From Aureliella sp. (GTDB taxonomy: Bacteria; Planctomycetota; Planctomycetia; Pirellulales; Pirellulaceae): a stretch of 64,000 nt of DNA. Below are positions 9,908 through 18,319 of this stretch, piece by piece. Both the position numbers and the translations under genes were made by a program. Position 1 is the stretch's first letter. Each line of letters begins with the position of its first letter. The notes beneath the pieces are model-generated. The model was not told where the DNA came from. It saw only the letters and a list, made by a program, of their open reading frames with translations, and made no database searches. The stretch lies in contig OY829846.1 in assembly GCA_963691875.1 (NCBI GenBank), positions 2,624,001 through 2,688,000 of the forward strand, read 5' to 3'.

Positions 9908-12900
9908 TTACTTCGCGAGCAACAGTTCAATCGCATCGCGGAGGCTGCTGGCACTCGAGGACTCGAGTCGAATCACGTCAAAACGCTTTGGTGAAGCACT
10001 CGAGGCCTGCTCGTCCAGGTTCTCAACAAATGCCTCGATCTCTGAGGTTAATTGCTGCGGTGCACGCATGACGATCGAGTTCGTAGCCTCGTCGACTGTG
10101 AGGGTCAGGATCGGCCCGGTGCGTTCAGCGTTGAGCTGCTCAAAGATTGAGGCGACCGCAGAGGTCACTCCATCTGGGACTTGAAAGGGAGCTCTACCTC
10201 CATTTGGCCTCAGCTGGCTGGCATACACATCGCGAAGAATCTCGACGACACGTGCAGCATCAGTGTTCTCAACTTGGATCACCGTTGGCGAAATCAACTC
10301 TAGGTCACGAACCAAGTCTTCCGAGTCCAGCACGCCCAGCATCTCTTCGATTACTTTGCGATCGTTTCGACTCCCGCTCACGATCAGACCGTTGACGCGA
10401 TTGTCTGCGACAATCTTGACGTTGTTAAAAGGCTGAGGATTCTCGTCGTCCGATTTCTTACCAATTCCGAAAAGCTCCGACAGCAATTCTTTGGTTGCCT
10501 CAGCGCTGGCATTGTGAAGAAGGTACAGCGAGTAATTGCCGCGCGTTGCGTAAGCTTCCATTCGCGGACTCATGATACCTTGGATGAGTCTCTCCATATG
10601 GTCGAGTGCCACGAAGTCATCCGAGGCTAAGGTCCAGCGATCTTCCCCCACTACAATAACGATCGGAGAAGCCGATTCTTGCTTCTGAGCCGACGATTGA
10701 AAGCTCGGTTTGTTCGCCGAATTTTCTTCCTGCACTAGTGCAGTGGAAACAAGCTTCGGAAAGTCTGACCCACGATGCAAGTCACTGCTATCCGCAGCAC
10801 CTGGTTTTGCGGGTGGATTCACCTTCCGCTGCTCCTGCTTCTCCGTTTCTACTACAGGGGTACCAGGGCGAATCACACGAATGGGATTCTCGCCTACATC
10901 TGGCCAAAGTCGTTCCAACTCTTTCAGCACTCGATCTCCCGTTCCGTTCATTGGTACGAAGCGAAGCCGACTTAATTTCGCCTGAGGTATGCCGCCTTGG
11001 ATCTCAGCCGCCTCTTCGCCCATTTGCTTAGCAAGGGCTCGAATCTTCTCGTGTTGCTCCGGAGTCGCCCGAATCATTACAATCTGCTGTGCTTGATCCA
11101 TCGAAATGTTCGGAAGCATTCGAGCTGGCTGATCGCGAAACAAAGCATCGACTGCAGAACGAAACGTAAATGTGTCCAGCTCGCGTAGTTGCATGACTAC
11201 GAGTTCACGATCTGGCCCAGACAGTTGGGTCAATGTTTCCTCGACACGGTTCAACTGAGATGGTGTTCCCGTGGCGTAGAGTTCTCTAGCAAAAACATCG
11301 TAGCGAACTTCGAGTCGTGGTTGCTCCTCGCGAAACAGACTTTGAATGATCGGTACGAGCGAGTTGCCATCAACTTGAGACACTGGAAAGGTCTTCAGCG
11401 AACGGCCTTCTCCACGCGGCTTAGATTGATCGATTTGCTGAATCAGCTTTGCAGCGATCTCAAGATCTTGAGCGGTTCCGACGACGAAGATGCTCTGTGA
11501 CTCTTCGTGAAATCCCACGCCCACATCAGATCTGAGCCCAAAAGCACTTTCGATTGCTTCTGCGGTACTAGGGACATGCGCGTGTTTCAGCACAAAGGTC
11601 TTGAGCGTCGGCATGCGACTCGGTTGCTCGTTCAGGTTCTCAACGACGATAGCGATAGCTTCATGCTCTTCCTTGGTGGCGGTCGCGAAAATTCCGCCTG
11701 CTGATTGGTCCGCAGTGAGCGTGGCGTCCGGAAAGTTTTCGGCCAGTGCCGTGGCGAGGGCTCCTGGTTCCGCGACATCGACTTTGTAAAAGCTGGTCGT
11801 TCGCTCAGTCAGTTCTCGTTTGTCAATCTGCTCGATCACCCCCGAGATCCGAGCCATGTCGGTCTTGGAAGCCGTCACGATGAGGCTGTTTGTCGCTCGA
11901 TCGGCCACCGCGGAAACATTTTCAGCGATCGCCAGTACAGCACTGTCGATGTAGCGAGGATCTGCGTAGATCAGCTTGAAGACCTTGGTTTCATGATCTT
12001 TGTGCTGATCCGACTCGATCTGTTCAACAACAGAGTCAACACGTTCCATCACCTCCTTTGGTGCTGTGACGATGACGCTGTTGGAATCGCGGTCAGCAAC
12101 GGCACCAATAACCCCTTCAATCGCCAGAATCGCGTTATCGATGTAGCGCGCGTCCGAGTTCTCAAGCCGGAAAACTTTGGTCACACTTTCCTTTGGCGAA
12201 GCAGCTTTGATTTCTTCGATCACAGCAGCTACTGTTTCCATCGTCTCTTTCGGAGCCACTACGATGAGACTGTTTGTCTCGCGTTCAGCGACCGCTGACT
12301 CTACGCCGTCAAGAGCTAGGATCGCCGTATCGACGTAGCGTGCATCGGCCGTTCCTAGGGGAAAGACGCGAATCTCTTTTGAGTCGCTGTTGGTATCTTC
12401 GATTTGCTCGACCACCTTCTCGATGCGGGCGAGATCTTCGGCCGAACCTGTAGCGAGGATGCTGTTGGATCCTCGATCCGCTACCACATTTGCCTCGGGC
12501 ACCAACTCAGCCAATGAAAGTCCGACGTAGCGAACGTCCCCTTTCTCGAGATGAAAGACGCGAGTCTCAAAGCCCTTTTGATTGTTCTTGAATCTATCCA
12601 TCAAGTCGCTGGCTCGCTGATGATCCTTGGGCTTCGCTGTTATGACAACGGCTTGAAGATCAGCACTGCCGAAGACTTCTGCATCCGGTAGGAGTTCTGC
12701 GAGAATCTCCGAAAGTTTGACGACATTCGCGTCCCTCTGTTCGTAGACTTGAGTTGTCTTGCCATCGGCAGGTTCCACGTCGTAGCTCTTCAAGAACTCA
12801 ACGACTTGAGCGTGGTCCTCTTCAATCGCTGAGACGACCAAAGTGTTAGCGACTTTGTCACGACCGACCGTCGCGTTTGGCAGTAAGCCGGCAAGCATCA

Positions 12901-15900
12901 GCTGAGCTGAGCCAGTACCGACGTACTCGAGTGGATATGCCCTCGCAAGTAACTTGACTGGCGTCGGCAGTTCTTTAGTTAACGCATCGATTTGCTCGCG
13001 AGCTTGCTTCAGTTCATCTTCAGAACCCGATGCGATAATCGCTTTCCCATCGGCACTCGGCTTGAGTTCCAGAGACTCGGGCAACGTAGCTTCCAGACCG
13101 GACAGCAAATCATTGAGATCTACTTGCTCGGTATCAACTGGCAGCATCGCGACTTGTGTGGGAGTCGATTCCGAGGGTTCAAGAATCGCTGTGATCAGCT
13201 GACCGATGTCTTCGTGCAACTTTTCATCAGCTAGAATCACCAACCGGCCACGTGTAGCATCGGAGGAAACAGTGGCTTGAGGTAATAGTTCACCCAGTGC
13301 AAGGGCGACTGTTGCAATTTGAGTTGCCGGCACAGGATAGATTTTGACAGTCTTGCTTTTTGCTGACGCAACGTCGTAGCTCTTTAAGAACTCAGCGACC
13401 TTGGCATGTTCCTCGGCCGCAGCGGTAATCACGAGAGCGTTCTGAGCTGGTTCGGGAGTGATGCTTGCAGTTGGTACTAATCCAGCCAGCATTTGCTGAA
13501 CGGTTGCTGTACTGACATGTTCTAGCTCGTACACCTTCGGACTAGCAGTCACCGGCTCGGGAAGCTTCTCGATCAGCCTCTTCACCTGCTCCTGAGCAGC
13601 GCCAACTTCCTCGGGCGATCCAATTGCGATAATCGCCTTTCCATCGGAACTCGAATTCAGAGTCAGCGTCGGAGGAACTGTTTGCTGAAGCGACTGCAGA
13701 AGATCAACAAGGCTCATTCTTCGGATGTCCACCGGAATGACAACGACTTCCTTCGACTCGGCGCCGACACCTTTTGCTATCAAGTCGATGGTCTCGCGAA
13801 TCTTGATCTGGGATTCCTGGGAAGCGAGCACCACGATCTGCCCAGTGGTTGCATCCGGGGCAACGGCGGCTTCGGGGTAAAGCGAACTCAGGGCAAGTGC
13901 GACTGCCGCCAATTGCGTCGGTTTTACGGAGTAGGTCGCAGGAGTTCGAACTTGCTTAGCCGATTCTGCTAGCTGCTTGATAGCTTCGGCGATGCGCTCA
14001 TGCTGTTGCTGGTCGCCCCAAACCGTGATGGTTCGTGTTGCTGCGTCGGTGCTGATTACAGCTTTGGGTGCAAGCTGCCCCAGCACGCCTGGGAAAGTTG
14101 TCATGTCCCCTTGAGAGAGTTTGTAGGACTTGACTGTTTTCTCGACCCTGCCTTGTTGAGCGAATAATCGGTCTAAGGCTTCCTGAACTTCCGCTAGCTG
14201 TTTGGCTGCCCCAGAAGCAAGAATCTGACCATCGGCAGCAACTGACATCGAAAGCTCTGGCCACATCGCCTGCAAGCTTGCCTGCAAAGCGTTTGGATCG
14301 ACACCTTGCACCTCAAAAGTTCGAATCTCGTCACGTTCAGCCTCCGCTGCAGGCTGGTCCATCTGTTCCAGAGTGGATTTTGCTATAGTTTGGTTCTTAA
14401 GATTTGTCGTAACGACCAGCTGCTTCATCTCGTCGCTGGCGAGCAAAGTAGCTTCAGGAAGTATTTGTGTCAGGATTGATTGTGCGTCACTGGGGATCAC
14501 GTGCTTCAAGGAATACGTCACTACGACTGGTTGTTCTGCAACACCTGGCTGCTCGGCAAGGGATTGAACCAGTTCATCCAAATCCGCGTGCGTTTTTGCA
14601 TCCGCCCAGACCAGAACTCTTTTCGTATCCGGCGCGACATTATTACGAGCCTCACCGATCAGAGGAGCAATTGCTGTCTGAAGCGCCGAGCCCGACAACC
14701 CCAAGACGGAATAGATTCTCAACTCTGCTTTACTTCGCTGTGGCAACTGCGCTTGCATATCAGTCAGCCGTTCTGCGATCTTTTCCTGCTCAGCTTCTTC
14801 TGCCAGGATAAGCAAACGTGAAGAATCATCGTCCAACTTGAGCTGAGCGCCACCAAATTCGGCTTGCAAAAGCTCGACAAGCATCGTTGGGTCGTCCACC
14901 GTAATGTCATATAACTTGGGCACTACCTTCGTCTGCTGGCTCAAGGACTTCACGAGCGCGCCCAGCTCAGCGTGGGTCGCTTGTTCGGCCCATACGAGCA
15001 ATCGCTTCTGATCTGGAGCTACAATCGTCTCCGAATCACCCAACGTTGGAGCAAGAGCGGTTTGCAACTCAGTCGCGGTCAGGTTCGCCAGTTGATAAGT
15101 CTTTAGCTCGGGCTCAACTCGCTTTTCCATCTCGGCTTGGATCGTGACAATTCGTTCCGCAATTGCAAGCTGGCTGCTCTCTTTGGCAAGAACAAGCAGC
15201 TTTTCCCCGTCCTCGCTCAGCTGAAAAGTCGCTTCTTCGAATGATGATTGCAGTAGTGTGAGCAATGCGGCTGGCTCGGCCACCGTAATTGCATAGGACT
15301 TGGGCAACGTCTTTGGCTTAGCGGGAATGGCGACATCGAGACTTTCAAGAAACCTCGCAAACGAAACGTGCTGTTCATCACTTGCCCAAACAAACAGTTC
15401 TTCCTCGGCAGCACCGTCGACAACCTTAATGTCGACTAAGTCTGCTGGCAGTGCATCGAGCAAGCTCTTTCGCTGGAACTGCGATTCGGTCAACGAATAA
15501 ACTTGTAGACGACTAACCTGCTGCTTAGGCAATAAGGTTTGGAGTTGCGGCAAGATGGCTTCGATGGCGACTACTTCATTGCCATCTCCGAGGACAACTA
15601 ACTTCTTCTCATTCTCGCTCAGCCAGAGTTTTGCATCGGGAACAATACGAGCAACGGTTGCGAGCCACTCTGCATCGGCTTGTCGCTCCAGCTCAAATCC
15701 ACGAAGCGAAGCTTCGTTCGGTCCATCTTGTTGCTTCCAAAGCTCGACAACCTGTTGGGCAACTTGCATGTCCTCCTCTGAGCCGCGAACAATCAGACTT
15801 TTGCCCGAAACGGCAGCTTGACTCTCTGGCAAGAACTGGGACATCAGAGATGCGAGAGCTGAGTTCTCTTCTCCGGCAAGCTCAAAGACTCGTACAGTCT

Positions 15901-17134
15901 CTTTGGCTTCAACCGGCTTTAGCCCCAGAGCGGTCAGTGCTGCTTGTACCTTCGCCAAATCTTCCGTACCTGCGGTGACCAAGACGCGATCACCCGCTGC
16001 AGCAACCTGACTTTTCGGAACCAGCTTCTGTAATTGAGGCAAAATCGCATCCGCAGGCTGACCGCCTAGTAAGTAGGCCTCGGTCTTGGAAGCTGGCAGG
16101 GCGCTCGCGTTCTTTTGCATGTCGTCCAATATCAACTTGATCGTCGCTTGCTGTGACGGAACAACATAAGCGCTCAGGACTCCGGTGCGAGTATCAAGTG
16201 TGATCTGGCTACTTGAAACGAGTTTCTGGACCGTCTCCAAGACATTGTTAGGATCAAGGCTCCCGATGGTGTAAGCCGCGAAAACCGGCGCCGGGGGTGG
16301 AACAGGCGGCTTTGGCTTGGGTGGCGCAACAGGTGGAGGAACAGAAGCGATCAGTTCGTTGATGGTCGCCATCTTGCCCGCATTCTCAACCACCAAGAGT
16401 TTCGAACCACTGGCAATCGGAAAGGCTCGAGCGTAGCCGTTTAAATAGGGTTGCACCTCCGCTAGCACCGAAGCAACGGGTCGTCCGCCGAGTGGAAAGA
16501 TGCAAGAAACCAATTCAAACTTGCCGCGTTCGGTGAGTTTGTCCAACTCAACTCTCGGCAGCAACTCGATGGGAATGCTCTCACTAAGTTGCATCACAAC
16601 AAGCATTTTTTCCCGACGCACCAGCGTGAAGCCACGCGTCATGAGGACACCGTTGAGCAGATCGATTCCTTCGGATGGACTTCGTGGACGCTTATCAGAG
16701 TAAGTGAATACACCTGGGGGAGTTCGATCCATGACCAAGGTAAGCTCTTGCTGCCTGGCGAACCAATCGAGGACCACGTTCCATTCCGTTTCGTTGAACT
16801 GGAACATGAGATCCTGAGCCGCGACTGTTGCCTGGAAGGCCGTTCGTTGTTCTTCGCTCAACAGACCGAGGATCTTGTCTCGCGATTGTTTTCGAACAGC
16901 ATTCTGCTCACTTGGACTTTTGGCGGTAGCCAGGCTTGTGGCTCTAGCCTGCAGCTCTTGTTGAATCTGGACGCGCTGTTCATCACTAAGGCTGAGGCGT
17001 TCAGCAATTGACGGATGCACCAGCGTCGCAACGTCCATTTCCTGAGACTGCCCCACGGATGGGGATAGTAGGAACCATGTGAGGACCCAAAGAAAGCTCC
17101 CCGAAACGGAGGCTGAGAATCGAAGCAAGTTCAT
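9908..17134 (-). CDS. Giant exported protein: LTXXQ-like helical segment + secretin N0-like domain + ~30 tandem secretin N (NolW-like) domains, no secretin barrel
   Basis: Probable start MNLLRFS at 17134 with a signal peptide. FQFNETEWNVVLDWFA...LLNGVLMTRGFTLV is N0-like. Repeats of about 65-75 aa follow the pattern xxxvY.L....a..l...l..l.p.......D...nsliv.a.......i..li..lD. Ends IELLLAK without a barrel. Confidence 0.85.
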   Translation of the reverse strand: MNLLRFSASVSGSFLWVLTWFLLSPSVGQSQEMDVATLVHPSIAERLSLSDEQRVQIQQELQARATSLATAKSPSEQNAVRKQSRDKILGLLSEEQRTAFQATVAAQDLMFQFNETEWNVVLDWFARQQELTLVMDRTPPGVFTYSDKRPRSPSEGIDLLNGVLMTRGFTLVRREKMLVVMQLSESIPIELLPRVELDKLTERGKFELVSCIFPLGGRPVASVLAEVQPYLNGYARAFPIASGSKLLVVENAGKMATINELIASVPPPVAPPKPKPPVPPPAPVFAAYTIGSLDPNNVLETVQKLVSSSQITLDTRTGVLSAYVVPSQQATIKLILDDMQKNASALPASKTEAYLLGGQPADAILPQLQKLVPKSQVAAAGDRVLVTAGTEDLAKVQAALTALGLKPVEAKETVRVFELAGEENSALASLMSQFLPESQAAVSGKSLIVRGSEEDMQVAQQVVELWKQQDGPNEASLRGFELERQADAEWLATVARIVPDAKLWLSENEKKLVVLGDGNEVVAIEAILPQLQTLLPKQQVSRLQVYSLTESQFQRKSLLDALPADLVDIKVVDGAAEEELFVWASDEQHVSFARFLESLDVAIPAKPKTLPKSYAITVAEPAALLTLLQSSFEEATFQLSEDGEKLLVLAKESSQLAIAERIVTIQAEMEKRVEPELKTYQLANLTATELQTALAPTLGDSETIVAPDQKRLLVWAEQATHAELGALVKSLSQQTKVVPKLYDITVDDPTMLVELLQAEFGGAQLKLDDDSSRLLILAEEAEQEKIAERLTDMQAQLPQRSKAELRIYSVLGLSGSALQTAIAPLIGEARNNVAPDTKRVLVWADAKTHADLDELVQSLAEQPGVAEQPVVVTYSLKHVIPSDAQSILTQILPEATLLASDEMKQLVVTTNLKNQTIAKSTLEQMDQPAAEAERDEIRTFEVQGVDPNALQASLQAMWPELSMSVAADGQILASGAAKQLAEVQEALDRLFAQQGRVEKTVKSYKLSQGDMTTFPGVLGQLAPKAVISTDAATRTITVWGDQQQHERIAEAIKQLAESAKQVRTPATYSVKPTQLAAVALALSSLYPEAAVAPDATTGQIVVLASQESQIKIRETIDLIAKGVGAESKEVVVIPVDIRRMSLVDLLQSLQQTVPPTLTLNSSSDGKAIIAIGSPEEVGAAQEQVKRLIEKLPEPVTASPKVYELEHVSTATVQQMLAGLVPTASITPEPAQNALVITAAAEEHAKVAEFLKSYDVASAKSKTVKIYPVPATQIATVALALGELLPQATVSSDATRGRLVILADEKLHEDIGQLITAILEPSESTPTQVAMLPVDTEQVDLNDLLSGLEATLPESLELKPSADGKAIIASGSEDELKQAREQIDALTKELPTPVKLLARAYPLEYVGTGSAQLMLAGLLPNATVGRDKVANTLVVSAIEEDHAQVVEFLKSYDVEPADGKTTQVYEQRDANVVKLSEILAELLPDAEVFGSADLQAVVITAKPKDHQRASDLMDRFKNNQKGFETRVFHLEKGDVRYVGLSLAELVPEANVVADRGSNSILATGSAEDLARIEKVVEQIEDTNSDSKEIRVFPLGTADARYVDTAILALDGVESAVAERETNSLIVVAPKETMETVAAVIEEIKAASPKESVTKVFRLENSDARYIDNAILAIEGVIGAVADRDSNSVIVTAPKEVMERVDSVVEQIESDQHKDHETKVFKLIYADPRYIDSAVLAIAENVSAVADRATNSLIVTASKTDMARISGVIEQIDKRELTERTTSFYKVDVAEPGALATALAENFPDATLTADQSAGGIFATATKEEHEAIAIVVENLNEQPSRMPTLKTFVLKHAHVPSTAEAIESAFGLRSDVGVGFHEESQSIFVVGTAQDLEIAAKLIQQIDQSKPRGEGRSLKTFPVSQVDGNSLVPIIQSLFREEQPRLEVRYDVFARELYATGTPSQLNRVEETLTQLSGPDRELVVMQLRELDTFTFRSAVDALFRDQPARMLPNISMDQAQQIVMIRATPEQHEKIRALAKQMGEEAAEIQGGIPQAKLSRLRFVPMNGTGDRVLKELERLWPDVGENPIRVIRPGTPVVETEKQEQRKVNPPAKPGAADSSDLHRGSDFPKLVSTALVQEENSANKPSFQSSAQKQESASPIVIVVGEDRWTLASDDFVALDHMERLIQGIMSPRMEAYATRGNYSLYLLHNASAEATKELLSELFGIGKKSDDENPQPFNNVKIVADNRVNGLIVSGSRNDRKVIEEMLGVLDSEDLVRDLELISPTVIQVENTDAARVVEILRDVYASQLRPNGGRAPFQVPDGVTSAVASIFEQLNAERTGPILTLTVDEATNSIVMRAPQQLTSEIEAFVENLDEQASSASPKRFDVIRLESSSASSLRDAIELLLAK

Positions 17135-17427
17135 GGGAAGGGCGGGAATGGGTGGGAAAGTGATAGAAGCTGGGCCTTCTGAAAGATAGCCCGCGTTTTT
17201 AATTATAGTTGCGGGACCACAGATTTCGCCTGGGTTGAGTTGCGCCGGCGTAATCAATGTTCCACTTGGATGAAACACTTACAATGGTCACCCGCCATGC
17301 CAGCGAGGGATTTTCTGCTATTCTTCACCAACGTGAAGGATTGCCACCGGCTTGAGAGAGTAAAGGAATATCTGCCCAAGCAAGAGCAAGCTGCTCACCA
17401 AGAAATACCGAAAAGTCAGTCCTACAC

Positions 17428-18294
17428 CTAGCGATCCGTCGATCGTGGCGAGTCGATCCACTGGCCTTTACGAATGTCGCTGCGATCCATCCGCTCTTTC
17501 TGGGAAGGTGGCGACGACCGAACACTGGCAGTATTACCGTCTTCTACACTGGTCGCCGGATCCTGAGGCACTGACAGCGGAATCGTGGGAACTTCGAACT
17601 TGCCCTGAGCAGCTGTTTGTTCCCCAGCTTTCGGAGTACTTTTGTCATTCAAATGCCGCTGAAAGCTCGGTGGCAAAGTGATCGTTTCCACCGTTCGTCC
17701 AGGCTTGGCTTCAACATGACTCGCTGGAAGTACAGGCGGAGAGTCGGTAAGGGACAACTTCGGAGAGATTGGCTCAGAAGGCTGGCCCGGTAGGAGTTTA
17801 ACAGTCGGATCCGAAATCAGAGTACCACTTTTCGTACCTTGGAATCGCGTGATCAGCACCAGGCGTTTTGCTTCTTCACCAACGGGACCGAATGGAAGCC
17901 AGACACTGTAGGAAGGCCCGATGGAAGTACGACTCATGTGTTGGGTGAACTGCTCAGTCGTGAAGACGAACTTGCGCAGCGGCTTCTGCTTCGTCGGATC
18001 CACCGCATCTGCATCAAAAACATAGACGGCTAACGCCCCATCCACCTCGACGGGATCTTGGTTCTCTTTCTCGTAAAAGTAAAGACGTCCGCCAAAGCCT
18101 CGCACACCGCCTTGCCCCGACTGGTGCAACACGGAATCCGTCCACACCGCCAAGATTCGTTCGGGCTTTTGCTCGTCTTCTTCGGACCAAGGCATCGAAA
18201 TACTACTTGCCTTGGGCGCGAACTGGCAACCACTTGCACCGATAAGCAAAATAACGAGTAGCAAAAACTGCTTACTTGAGTCCGATAGTCGCAT
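17428..18294 (-). CDS. Lipoprotein of unknown function adjacent to secretin (pilotin candidate)
   Basis: Probable start MRLSDSSKQFLLLVILLIGASG|C with a lipobox; globular beta-rich domain (GVRGFGGRLYFY...YSVWLPF) followed by a Pro/Ser-rich tail. Confidence 0.65.
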   Translation of the reverse strand: MRLSDSSKQFLLLVILLIGASGCQFAPKASSISMPWSEEDEQKPERILAVWTDSVLHQSGQGGVRGFGGRLYFYEKENQDPVEVDGALAVYVFDADAVDPTKQKPLRKFVFTTEQFTQHMSRTSIGPSYSVWLPFGPVGEEAKRLVLITRFQGTKSGTLISDPTVKLLPGQPSEPISPKLSLTDSPPVLPASHVEAKPGRTVETITLPPSFQRHLNDKSTPKAGEQTAAQGKFEVPTIPLSVPQDPATSVEDGNTASVRSSPPSQKERMDRSDIRKGQWIDSPRSTDR

Positions 18295-18319
18295 TGGATT
18301 GGGTAGGAGCATCGCTGTG

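Noticed and set aside
17135..17278. Upstream TTG start of the giant ORF
   Set aside because: The signal peptide begins at the ATG at 17134, and the extension contains a TATAAT box (17202-17207, minus strand).
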